NCBI GenBank assembly: GCA_963823035.1
Contig: CAWGKG010000008.1
Coordinates: 117,513-181,512, forward strand
DNA from: an uncultured Gemmatimonadales bacterium
GTDB lineage: Bacteria; Gemmatimonadota; Gemmatimonadetes; Longimicrobiales; Gaopeijiaceae
Reading direction: 5' to 3'
Length of the DNA: 64,000 bases
The notes beneath the pieces are model-generated. The model was given only the letters and a program-made list of their open reading frames with translations, did not search any database and was not told the DNA's origin. Both the position numbers and the translations under genes were made by a program. Position 1 is the stretch's first letter. Each line of letters starts with the position of its first letter. This document shows, piece by piece, positions 20,113-29,556 of the stretch.

Positions 20113-21438
20113 TCAGTCCGTCTCGTCGCGGAGGGAGGTCGCAGACCCGATGCCGGACGCCACCTCCGGGAGGATGCCGTGTTCCACGTAGATGGGACGC
20201 CCGATGTCGCGCAACTCGGGGACCCTGCTTCCGAAGAAGATGGCGCCGCCGATGCAGATCACGCCGCCGCATACGACCGTCCACGGCGCGCCGATGCGCG
20301 TCGCCACCACGCCGGCCAGGAGGCTGCCGAACGGCATCATGCCGATGAAGGCCATCGCGTAGAAGGACATGACGCGGCCGCGCATCTCCTCGCGCACCAG
20401 CGTCTGGATCACGGTGTTGCTCGAGGCCATCTGGATCATGAAGCCGAAGCCCGCCGGGACCATCACGGCGAAGGAGAGCGCGAAGGAGCGCGAGAGCCCG
20501 AAGGCGGCGAGGGAGACGCCGAAGAGCGCGGCCGCCCGCGGGATGAGGCGCCCGAGCCCCACCACGCTGGTGCGCGACGCCAGGTGTAGCGCCCCGACCA
20601 CGGCGCCGATGCCGGTGGCCCCCATCAGGAAGCCGAGGGTGTGGGGTCCGCCGCCCAGGGTACGCTCCGCGATCGCGGGCAGCAGCACCGTGTAGGGCAT
20701 GCCCGCTACGCTGACGAGTGCCAGCAGGAGGAGGGCCGCGCGGATGGGCGGGGAGCCGAAGGCGTAGCGGAAGCCGTCGGCCAGGTCCTGCAGCACCTTC
20801 TTCTCGGTCGCGCGGCGCGGCCGCTTCGGCAGACGCATCGCGAGGAGGGAGCCGATCACGGCGAAGTAGGTGACGCCGTCCAGGAGGAAGCACCACCCCT
20901 CGCCCACCCACGCCACGAGGAGGCCGGCCACGGACGGGCCCACCAGGCGCGCGCCGTTCACCATCGTGGAGTTCAGGGCGATGGCGTTGGACAGGTCGTC
21001 GCGGTCCTCGATCATGTCGACCAGGAGCGACTGGCGCGAGGGCGAGTCGAAGGCGTTGATGCACCCCTGGAGCGCCTGCAGCACGAGGATGTGCCAGACC
21101 TGCACGGCGCCCGAAAGCGTGAGGGCGGCCAGCGCGAACGACTGCACGCAGGCGAACGACTGCGCCGTGAGGAGAACGCGGTAGCGATCGAGGCGGTCCA
21201 CCCACACCCCGGCGAAGGGGGCGAGCAGGAACGTCGGGATCTGGCCGACGAAGCCGACCACGCCGAGCATGGCGGCCGAGTGCGTGAGCCTCCACACGAG
21301 CCAGCTCGTCGCGAGACGGGTGATCCACGTCCCCACCAGGGAGACGCTCTGTCCCGAGAAGAACAGCCGGTAGTTGCGGTGTCGGAGGGCGCGGACGATC
21401 GTCCGCCTCCAGCCTTGGGCAGGCGTCTCCCTAGCCGT
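20113..21438 (-). CDS. MFS transporter (MFS_3/EntS-like); putative ACG start
   Basis: The frame of ORF 20113..21336 extends upstream through the family-typical RALRHRNYRLFFSGQSVSLVGTW with no ATG/GTG/TTG; ACG 21438 lies 7 nt after GAGGAG. Function is confident, start is not. Confidence 0.85.
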   Translation of the reverse strand, partial: TARETPAQGWRRTIVRALRHRNYRLFFSGQSVSLVGTWITRLATSWLVWRLTHSAAMLGVVGFVGQIPTFLLAPFAGVWVDRLDRYRVLLTAQSFACVQSFALAALTLSGAVQVWHILVLQALQGCINAFDSPSRQSLLVDMIEDRDDLSNAIALNSTMVNGARLVGPSVAGLLVAWVGEGWCFLLDGVTYFAVIGSLLAMRLPKRPRRATEKKVLQDLADGFRYAFGSPPIRAALLLLALVSVAGMPYTVLLPAIAERTLGGGPHTLGFLMGATGIGAVVGALHLASRTSVVGLGRLIPRAAALFGVSLAAFGLSRSFALSFAVMVPAGFGFMIQMASSNTVIQTLVREEMRGRVMSFYAMAFIGMMPFGSLLAGVVATRIGAPWTVVCGGVICIGGAIFFGSRVPELRDIGRPIYVEHGILPEVASGIGSATSLRDETD

Positions 21439-22464
21439 CGCCGAGCTCCTCGAAGGTCTGGTTGCCGATGCGGTAGCGGTGCCAGTCCTGGTAGTCGAAG
21501 TGCCACCACTCGGCCTCGTACACCGTGAAGCCCTGCGCCTCCATGGCCTGGCGCAGGAGGGCCCTCAGCCAGCGCTGCCGCGACGTTCCGCCAGGGTAGT
21601 CGGGGAAGGAGCGCGGCGACATCTCGTCGTAGCCTCCGGTCATCACCACGGGCTCGCCGCTGGCGAGCTCGTAGAGGGTGAGGTCGACCGCGCAGCCGCG
21701 GTTGTGGCGGGACCCGCTCGCGGGGTCGGCGACGAAGACGCGCAGCGCCTCGGGTGTCGCCTCCCAGAACATCTTCGTGACGTACCACGGGCGGTAGCCG
21801 TCGTGGACGAGGAGGCCGTAGCCCTGCGTCTCGAGCCAGGCCTGGGCCCGCACCAGCGCCTCCGCCGCCGGACGCTGGAGGAACGCGCGCGCCTGGCTGT
21901 AGAAGACCTCGCCCATGAAGTTGTTCGTGGTGGCGTAGCGGATGTCGAGATGGATCGTGGGGTCGAGCCCGACCAGCTCGACGAGATCCGACGGGAGGAA
22001 GTCGCCCTCCTCCTCGGGGGGCGTGGCGGCGAGCGCCTCGGCGCGCAGCTCGCCGGGCTCGCGGATGGGCGTGATCTTGAACTGCCCGCCGTCCGCCGCG
22101 CCCAGCGACAGCCTTTCGTAGGTGCGCCCTTCCAGGACCACGGCCGCCACGCCGCCGTCCGTCGCCACGTCGGAAGGTGGCCACGGCCTCCGAGCCGCGG
22201 AGGGCGAAGGTGCTGTCGCTCGCCCTGGCCATCTCGAGCGGCTACGCCGTGCCAGCGCAGGAGCCGGAGCGTGCCGCCCTCCTCGAGGACGGAGATCGTG
22301 TCCCCGTTCGCGTACTCGCCGATGAGGGGGCGGAGCGCCTCGGCGGGCCGAGGCGGCGGCTCCGCCGCGGCCGAAGCCCGGGCCGACGTGTCGACGCGGG
22401 CCTCGCCCGTGCACCCGGCCATGAGGGCGAGGAGGAGCAGCTCGAAGGGTCTTCGCCTGATCAT
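21431..22464 (-). CDS. D-alanyl-D-alanine dipeptidase (M15D, DdpX/VanX-like) lipoprotein; frameshift near 22200
   Basis: DIRYAT, HDGYRP, SRHNRGCAVDLTL, EWWHFD; lipobox MAGC in ORF 21643..22464. Confidence 0.88.
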
Positions 22465-22525
22465 CGTACGTCCGGGTCCGGTTCGGGGATGGTTGTGCGG
22501 CGGGTGCTCGCTTCGGGTCTCGGTC

Positions 22526-23860
22526 TCATGCGGCGCCGGCTTGTTCGAGCGCGCGGAGGCGCGCGGTGGCGCCCGCGGCCTGCGCGCGCCGGCTCTCCCC
22601 GGCGCGCAGGAGCGCGAAGCGGAAGGCGGGTGGACCGACGATCTGGTTCACCGCGATCATCGCGACGATGAGCGTGGCCACGTCGGTGCCCCACACGGGG
22701 AAGCGGTCGCGCACGATGTTGGCCACGCCGAGCGTGACGCCCGCCTGCGCGAGGAAGCCCATCCAGGCGTGGCGGCGAACGGCCGGGTCGCCGCCCACCA
22801 CGAACGCCCCGATCCACGTGCTCGCGGCGAGCGCGACCGTGCGCAGCACCAGGATGAGGAGGACGATGGCCCACACGTTCGGGAGCACGTCGATGCGCAG
22901 GTCCGCGCCCGCCACCGCGAAGAAGAGCGCGTACATGGGCAGCGAGTTCTGCTCGAGGGCGCGCAGGAAGCGGGGGCCCTGCTTCGAGAAGTTCTGGATG
23001 TAGAAGCCCGCCGCCATCGCGATGAGGATGTACTCGAGTCCGAGCTGCTCGCTGAGGCTGACCAGCGAGAAGGCGGTGACCAGCAGGATCAGCACCCGGT
23101 TGGCGCCGCTCCGCCGCAGGTACTGAGTGAGCAGCCATCCGACGGCGACCCCCATCGCGAGGGAGGCCGCGATCGACAGCAGCACCGCGTCGAACGTGGA
23201 GAAGGAGAACGGCGTGGTCGGGTCGGCGATGACCGAGGCCAGGGGGATGAGGAGCGCGATCAGCACGAGGACGATCACGTCCTTCACCACCGTGATGCCG
23301 AGCACCGTCTCGGTGAGCACGCCTCGGGCGCGCTCCTCCGTGATGATCGCGATGGTGGTGGCCGGGGACTTGGCGACCGCCACCAGTCCGAAGATCAGCC
23401 CCACCGCCAGCGCGGCGCGGGGCGGTGAGCCGTGCAGGAAGGGCACGAAGTGGCGGCCCCAGTAGACGGCGCCCACCACGGCCGCGAAGACCAGGACGAT
23501 CTGGAACGCCAGGATGGACACGATGCTGGACAGACGTCGGCGCACGGCCTCGACGCGCAGCTCGCCGCCGGCCGCCAGCGCGATGAGGGCGAGCGCGCCT
23601 CCGTTGATGAGCCGGAAATCGATCACGGCTTCCTGCGGGAGGATGCCGAGCGCATGGGGCCCCACGGCGATCCCCAGGAGGAGGAAGCCGGTGATCCGCG
23701 GCAGCTCCACGGCGCGGCTGGCCAACCCGGCCAGATACGCGGCCAGAAGGAGGAAGCCGAGGAGGAGCGCCTCCCCGCCGCGGCCGCCATAGCCCTCGCC
23801 GACGCTCAGGAGTGCCACCGTGATGCCGATCAGAACGACGAGGGTGAGGAAGCGCGACAT
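22526..23860 (-). CDS. cation:proton antiporter (CPA family)
   Basis: LPRITGFLLLGIAVGP, KSPATTIAI, VVKDV, FFAVAGA, QAGVTLG; about 13 TM; ATG 23860. Confidence 0.87.
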   Translation of the reverse strand: MSRFLTLVVLIGITVALLSVGEGYGGRGGEALLLGFLLLAAYLAGLASRAVELPRITGFLLLGIAVGPHALGILPQEAVIDFRLINGGALALIALAAGGELRVEAVRRRLSSIVSILAFQIVLVFAAVVGAVYWGRHFVPFLHGSPPRAALAVGLIFGLVAVAKSPATTIAIITEERARGVLTETVLGITVVKDVIVLVLIALLIPLASVIADPTTPFSFSTFDAVLLSIAASLAMGVAVGWLLTQYLRRSGANRVLILLVTAFSLVSLSEQLGLEYILIAMAAGFYIQNFSKQGPRFLRALEQNSLPMYALFFAVAGADLRIDVLPNVWAIVLLILVLRTVALAASTWIGAFVVGGDPAVRRHAWMGFLAQAGVTLGVANIVRDRFPVWGTDVATLIVAMIAVNQIVGPPAFRFALLRAGESRRAQAAGATARLRALEQAGAA

Positions 23861-23941
23861 GCGGGGATTGTGGCCAGGGGGCGTGGATGCGGGCAAGGAG
23901 GTACCTTTGGCAGCCCGTGCCGCCCTGCCCGGAGAGTTCCC

Positions 23942-24326
23942 ATGCGATGGTCCGCCGCCACCGTCCTCGTCACGCTCGCCGCCGGATGCGCGTCCTCCGG
24001 CTCCACGACTCCGCCGGGAACGGCCGCACGCGCGCGCGCGCGTGTTCGAGCCCGACCAGGTGGACCGGCAGCCCGAGCTGGTACGGTGCGGCGACTGGAT
24101 CGACCACGGTGAGTCGCGCGAGCGGTACGCGGTGGTCCAGTTCGTGGTGAGCGCGACGGGCGAGGTGCGCGACCCCCGCGTGATCCGGACGCCGCCGCGC
24201 GTTCCCGAGGTGGGGATCGAGGCGCTGCGCATCGCCCGCACCTGCACCTTCCGCCCGGCGACGGCAGGTGGGGAGGCCGTGGCGGTCCGCTGGTCCAAGC
24301 GCTTCGACTTCCCGGAGGCGGCGTGA
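23942..24326 (+). CDS. small lipoprotein with TonB C-terminal-like domain; frameshift in (GC)n tract near 24030-24042
   Basis: MRWSAATVLVTLAAGC lipobox after GGAG; VDRQPE..VVQFVVSATGEVRD..FRPATAGGEAVAV in the next frame. Confidence 0.7.
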
Positions 24327-25324
24327 GGGCCGCGCGGAGCGCCGCGCTCCTGGTCCTCGTCCTGACCACGGTCGTGCCGGAGGCGCTTCTCGCCCAGAGC
24401 GCGCAGGGGCGCACCGGCACGCTCGTCGTCCTGAACAAGGAGGTGGCGACGGCCACCTTCATCGACGTGGCGTCGGGCGAGACCGTCGCGACGCTGCCGA
24501 CCGGCACGGGTCCGCACGAGCTGGCGATGACCCGGGACGGACGGTGGGCGATCTCCACGGACTACGCGGGCGGCAACAGCCTGACGGTGTTCGACGTCTC
24601 CGCGCCGCGCGTGGCGCGCACCATCGACCTGAGCGCGTACCCGCGTCCGCACGGCGCCTTCTTCCTCCCGGGCGACACGATCCTCGCGGTCACCTCGGAG
24701 GCGTCGCGGAACGTGGTGCTCGTGCAGCCGTTCCGGGGCGAGGTGCTGGGCGCCATCGCGACGAACGCGGCGGGATCGCACATGGTCGCCGTGACCGGCG
24801 ACGGTCGCACCCTCTTCACGGGGGACATCGGCGCGGGCACGGTCTCCAGGCTCGACGTGGCGTCGCGGGCGAAGACGGGTGAATTCGCCGTGCCTGCGCA
24901 GCCGGAGGCGATCACGGTGAGCCGGGACGGCACGCAGGTGTGGGTGGGGAGCAATGCCGAGGGTGAGGTCTCGGTCGTCCGTCCCGGCACCGGCAGCGTG
25001 GAGACCGCTCTCTCGGGCTTCCAGTGGCCGTACCGGATCCGCATCCTCGAGGATCGCGGTGTGGTGGTGATCCCCGATCTGTCGCTGCACGTCGTGCGCT
25101 TCGTGGACTACGCCACGCACGACGAGGTGGGCCGGCTCGAGCTTCCGGACGAGGGCCCGCAGGGGCTGACGGTCACCCCCGACGGAGGAACGCTGTTCCT
25201 CTCCTTGAGCGTCTCGGGGCAGGTCGCGGTGATCGACCTGGCGTCGCGTCGCATCGTCCGGCGCCTGGAGGCCGGGCGGACGCCGGACGGCATCGGCTGG
25301 TCTCCCCTGGTGGTGACGCGCTGA
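24323..25324 (+). CDS. YncE/YVTN-type beta-propeller secreted protein
   Basis: Signal peptide; repeated GPHE, PHG, PEAITVSRDG, PQGLTVTPDG, PDGIGW blades. Confidence 0.85.
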   Translation: MRAARSAALLVLVLTTVVPEALLAQSAQGRTGTLVVLNKEVATATFIDVASGETVATLPTGTGPHELAMTRDGRWAISTDYAGGNSLTVFDVSAPRVARTIDLSAYPRPHGAFFLPGDTILAVTSEASRNVVLVQPFRGEVLGAIATNAAGSHMVAVTGDGRTLFTGDIGAGTVSRLDVASRAKTGEFAVPAQPEAITVSRDGTQVWVGSNAEGEVSVVRPGTGSVETALSGFQWPYRIRILEDRGVVVIPDLSLHVVRFVDYATHDEVGRLELPDEGPQGLTVTPDGGTLFLSLSVSGQVAVIDLASRRIVRRLEAGRTPDGIGWSPLVVTR

Positions 25325-25425
25325 GGGAGAGGCTCGGGCACGCGTCGGCGCGTCGGAAGGATCCCCGCGCGCGTAGCGTAGTACCACCATCCGACCTGAA
25401 GACGCTCTCCAAGAAGAAGCCGCTC

Positions 25426-27013
25426 GTGAGCAGCCTGGCCCTGGCAGAAAAGCAATCCGACGTCCTCTCCGCGCTCCGCGGCCTGGGCGGGAAGGCCACC
25501 GTGGGCGACGTGGTCGCCGCCACGGGCCTCCCGGCCAACGATTCGCAGGCCGCCCTCAAGGAGCTGCTGGAGAGCCATCGCGGGCAGCTCGCCGTGTCCG
25601 ACACGGGCGAGCTGCTCTACCGCTTCGAAGAGGACCTCATCCGCCGCGGTACCGAGCCGCTGCTCGCCCGCCTCAAGCGCACGACGTGGAGCCTCTTCTC
25701 CAAGGCGTTCAAGGCGTGGATCGTCATCATGCTGGTGGTCTACTTCGTGATCTTCGTGGTGCTGGTCCTGGCCGCGCTCTTCGCGAACGACCGGGCGGGC
25801 GGCGACCGGCGGGGCGGGGGGTGGGGCGGACGCGGACGGAGCCGCGGAGGCGGGCTGCCGATCGGCAACCTCTGGTTCTGGTACTGGATCTGGGGGCCGC
25901 GCTGGTACATCGGCCGTCCCTACTACGGCCGCCGCTGGGAGCGGACGCTCCACAAGGAGGACAAGGTCCCCTTCTACAAGAAGGTGTTCGCCTTCGTCTT
26001 CGGGCCGGATCGGCCCCACCCCACCGCCCAGCAGCTCGATCGCAGCACGCTCCGGCTCATCCGGGCGCGCAACGGCGTGATCACCGCCGCGGAGCTGGTG
26101 GAGCACATCGGGCGTGCCGTTGGAGGAGGCGGAGAGCGAGATGGGCCGGCTGGTGGGCGCCTACGACGGAGAGCCCATCGTTTCCCGTGAGGGTGAGCTC
26201 GCCTACTCCTTCCCCTCGGTGATGCTGAGCGCGCACGGCCGCGTCGCGGCGCGCGAGCCCAACCCGTCGTGGATGCGCCTCGAGTATCCGCTCGAGCTGA
26301 CCGGCAACACGACCGGCGCCAACCTCGCGGTGGGCGGGATGAACACCTTCACGCTCGTGGCCGCCGCTACGTCGCCGTGGTTCATCTTCCCGCGCCTGGG
26401 CATCGGCGGGCCGGCGGCCTTCGTCGGCCTGGTGGTCGTGCCGGTGATCTTCAGCCTGATGTTCTTCGCGGTGCCGGCGCTGCGCACGTGGAGCGTGAAG
26501 CGCGAGAACGCCCGCCGGCGGAAGCGCAACGTGCGCCGCGTCACGCTCGGGCTCGTCTATGCGCGCTCGCTGGAGGGCCGTGAGGCCACCGGAGTGACGG
26601 TCGAGGAGGCGCACGCGCACGTGGCGGCCCGCCTGGAGCACCAGACCGTGACGCCCGGCGCGGTGGAGAAGGTCCTGCACGCGCTCGCCGCCGAGTTCGA
26701 CGCCGACGTCGCGCCCGACGCCGAAGGGCGGCTCGTCTTCCGCTTCCCGGCCATCCGCCGGCAGATGGCGGCCGGGGAGGCGGTGCGGCGGTCGCTCTCG
26801 CTCGAGGGGCGCGAGCTCGGCCCGATCGTCTACGACTCGGGCGACACGGCGTCCGAGGCGGACGCCCGCGACCTCGCGGCGTTCGACCGGGAGCTGGAGA
26901 AGGCCGACCTGAGCGGATACGTCCCTTCGCCCGATCGCGTGGCCTACGAGGCCGACTTCGAGTTGGTCGCGTCGGACGAGGAGGTCCGGACCGCGCGGCG
27001 GGCGCGCGCCTAG
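25426..27013 (+). CDS. membrane protein resembling the At5g03900/cyanobacterial family; frameshift near 26113
   Basis: ATVGDVVAATGL..GQLAVSDTGELLYRF N-terminus, TM, Gly-rich loop, FAFVFG, NGVITAAEL; continues in ORF 26114..27013. Family match is from recall. Confidence 0.65.
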
Positions 27014-27074
27014 GCGCGCGCCGGGATGGGCGCCGCCGGCCGGATGGCTCCGACCGGCGGCGCCGCTCACCCCG

Positions 27075-27536
27075 TCACTCCGCCGTTTCGAAGCGCGCGA
27101 AGCGACGAACCCGGACGGCCTCGCCCAGCCGCCCGGCGGTCTCCTTCACGAGGTCGCCGACCGTACGCCCGGGCTCGCGGATCCACGGCTGGGCCAGGAG
27201 CGCCTCGGTGCTCTCCGGCGCCGCGCCCGCGACGTGCTCGGCCACGCTGCGCGCCAACTCGCGGAAGTCCGCGGTGCGCGCCACGAAGTCCGTCTCGCAG
27301 TTGACCTCGACCAGCGCGCCCATGCGACCGGTGTGGTGGATGTAGCTGACCACCAGCCCCTCGCCGGCCGTGCGCTCGGCCCGCTTCTCGGCCTCCTTGC
27401 GCGCCTTCTCCCGGAGCAGCGCCTCTGCACGCTCCATGTCTCCCTCGGTGGCCTCCAACGCCATCCTGCATTGCATGACGCCGGCCCCGGTCCTCTCCCG
27501 GAGCTCCTTCAGCTCCGGCAGCGTGATCTTGTTCAT
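27075..27536 (-). CDS. tsf: short (153 aa) elongation factor Ts-like protein, stand-alone
   Basis: KELRERTGAGVMQC, EGLVVSYIH, VEVNCETDFVAR, VRRFARF; ATG 27536 after GAGGAGG; rpsB/pyrH/frr are not adjacent. Confidence 0.88.
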   Translation of the reverse strand: MNKITLPELKELRERTGAGVMQCRMALEATEGDMERAEALLREKARKEAEKRAERTAGEGLVVSYIHHTGRMGALVEVNCETDFVARTADFRELARSVAEHVAGAAPESTEALLAQPWIREPGRTVGDLVKETAGRLGEAVRVRRFARFETAE

Positions 27537-27801
27537 GTCCGCCTCCTCGACGGTCGATCGGTGGATGGCGGCCAGACGCACGAACGCCCCACCTGGCCGC
27601 CGGCACAGGTGGGGCGTTCGAACGCGCGTTGCGCACGTTCCGCGGGAAGCGCTAGAGCATGCGTGCTTCCTCGACGGATGACCTACCCGTACCGAGATAC
27701 TCCCGCGGGTCTCGAGGACCTCGGGTATCTCGGTGCTCCGGGTTGCCGATGCGCGGCGTCATCCGTGGTACGGTTCCGTGGTACGCGTGAAACTTCGTGG
27801 T
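27537..27801 (-). promoter_or_regulatory. structured 5' leader (candidate attenuator/riboregulator) of tsf
   Basis: Nested stems 27674-27682/27758-27766 and 27691-27700/27725-27734, hairpin 27620-27640, mini-ORF ATG-CTC-TAG (27660-27652) 7 nt after GAGGA. Confidence 0.5.
27581..27620 (-). terminator. terminator/attenuator-like hairpin in the tsf leader
   Basis: Perfect 15-bp stem CGAACGCCCCACCTG (27581-27595) / CAGGTGGGGCGTTCG (27606-27620), 44 nt upstream of the tsf ATG. Confidence 0.6.
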
Positions 27802-27806
27802 CGACG

Positions 27807-27835
27807 AGGCTACCCGGATCGGGGAGGCATGTCAA
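27807..27835 (-). promoter_or_regulatory. sigma70-type promoter for the tsf leader
   Basis: TTGACA (27835-27830), exactly 17 nt, TAGCCT (27812-27807). Confidence 0.7.
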
Positions 27836-27922
27836 CGCGCGAGGCGGCTCCCGGGTGTACATTGGACGGACCCTTCCGCCCACGTACATCGCCCGGACCC
27901 ACACCCCTCCAGGAGGGTGGAA

Positions 27923-29072
27923 ATGAGCCACCTCCGGTCCGCCGTAGGCGGAAGACACGCGCGCCGCGCGCGGCCGCCGCAGCCGTGACGCTGAGCCTGA
28001 TCTTCGCCTCGAGCGCCTTCGCGCAGCGACCCCGGCAGCAGGTCGTCATGGACTCGGCGCGCGCGCAGATGCTCTACGTGAGCGACGAGTGGGAGGACCA
28101 TCCCGTCGCGGACTACGCCCGCGACCGTCGAAGGGAAGCGGGTCACGGACAGCATCTACGCGCGCCGTGACGCAGGGCGTGGTCGACTACCGGAAGATCA
28201 GCTACCCGAGCCGTGTCGACGGGATGGAGATCCCGGCGTACCTCTTCCAGCCGCTCGAGAAGCGCGGCGCGCGCGGTCATGCCGCCATGGTGTGGGTGCA
28301 CGGCGGCGTCCACGGCAACTGGGGGACGTCGATGTGGCCGTTCGTGCGTGAGGCGGTCGAGCGCGGCTACGTGGTCATCTGCCCCGAGTACCGGGGCAGC
28401 ACGGGCTACGGTGAGGCCCATCACCGCGCGATCGACTACGGCGGCTACGAGATCGACGACGTGATCACGGCCTACGACTGGATGGTGCAGAACCTGCCGC
28501 ACGTCGACCCCGACAGGGTCGGCATCATGGGATGGAGCCACGGCGGCTACATCACGGTCCTGTCGGTCACCCGCGCCGACCATCCCTTCCAGGCGGGCGC
28601 CGCGATCGTGCCGGTCACGAACCTGATCTTCCGGCTCTCCTTCAAGGGTCCCGGATACCAGCGCGGGTTCTCCACGCAGCAGCGCATCGAGGGGCTTCCC
28701 TTCGAGAAGCGGGAGATCTACATCGAGCGCTCGCCGTACTACGCCGTCGACAGCCTGAAGACGCCACTGCTCGTGCACGTGGCCACGAACGACGAGGACG
28801 TGAACTTCGAGGAGGACGGCATGCTGGTGTACAAGCTGCGCGCCACCAGGCCCGACCTCACGGAGACGAAGATCTACGTGGACCCGGCGCCGTGGGGCCG
28901 GAGCGTCGGGCACGCCTTCAGCCGGCGCGTGGACCCGGAGACGCTCGAGCGCGTGGATTCCCCCGCGCAGCGGGACTCGTGGAACCGCAGTTGGGCGTTC
29001 CTCGAGGAGCACCTGCGGCCCTACGAGGACCCGAACCACCCGGTGGACCTGGGCGACGGGATCCGGCGGTAG
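27923..29072 (+). CDS. secreted S9 prolyl oligopeptidase-family hydrolase; about 3 frameshifts in 27960-28165
   Basis: VWVHGG, PEYRGSTGYG, GWSHGG, NDEDV, VGHAF; signal ..TLSLIFASSAFA-Q; ATG 27923 after AGGAGG. Confidence 0.85.
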
Positions 29073-29082
29073 CCGGTCGGCT

Positions 29083-29541
29083 TCAGCGGGTGCCCTCGGC
29101 TTCGAGGCGGCCGCGCAACGAGTCGGCGAGGACGTTGTGCCCTTCGATGAAGGTGCGGCACGCGGCTTCCGTCGCCCGCAGCCCGGTCGCCCGGGCCCGC
29201 CATACCGTGACGGAGTCGTTGTAGCCCTCGAAGTGCTCGAGGTACTCGTCGTAGTGGTCCTCGGGCACGCCGCGCTCGTCCATGCTCTCGAAGTCGCGCA
29301 CCGTTCCGCGCAGCGAGTCGACCACGGTGTCGAAGCGTCGGAAGAGGCGCTCCTGGTAGGCCAGCTCGTTGCTGCAGGAGTCGGCCGAGACCCGCGCACG
29401 GTACACCTGGTCGCGTAGCGTGCGGATCTCGTCCACGGTGCGGCGGCGCTCGATCAGGGTCCTCCCACCCATCACGGTGACGGCGAGGACCGCCAGCACG
29501 CCGACGACGGCGAGGACGCGGGCCAGCGGTGTCCGAGGCAT
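29083..29541 (-). CDS. hypothetical N-terminally anchored helical protein
   Basis: Single TM, then coiled coil with two Cys; GC3-rich codon usage; last gene of the oxidase operon. Confidence 0.65.
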   Translation of the reverse strand: MPRTPLARVLAVVGVLAVLAVTVMGGRTLIERRRTVDEIRTLRDQVYRARVSADSCSNELAYQERLFRRFDTVVDSLRGTVRDFESMDERGVPEDHYDEYLEHFEGYNDSVTVWRARATGLRATEAACRTFIEGHNVLADSLRGRLEAEGTR

Positions 29542-29556
29542 GTCGAGGGGGAGCGG

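Noticed and set aside
18886..22464. TetA-like MFS plus VanX-like peptidase as an acquired resistance island
   Set aside because: No tetR, vanHA/vanRS or mobile element; composition matches the chromosome; both families are common housekeeping genes.
24028..24042. (GC)n tract frameshift as phase variation
   Set aside because: Indistinguishable from the many sequencing indels in this window.
27001..27064. Perfect 22-bp palindrome GGCGCGCGCCTAGGCGCGCGCC and adjacent hairpin
   Set aside because: Low-complexity GC sequence between convergent genes; at most a terminator-type structure, and I saw no other copy.
27611..27630. GTTCGAAC as a tRNA T-loop
   Set aside because: No cloverleaf, acceptor stem or D-arm around it.
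27623..27841. Whole region as a 6S-like rod RNA closed by CGCGCGTTG/CAACGCGCG
   Set aside because: The closing arm overlaps the TTGACA -35 box and so lies outside the predicted transcript; no 6S, SRP, RNase P or tmRNA signature recognised. An Rfam scan is still worthwhile.
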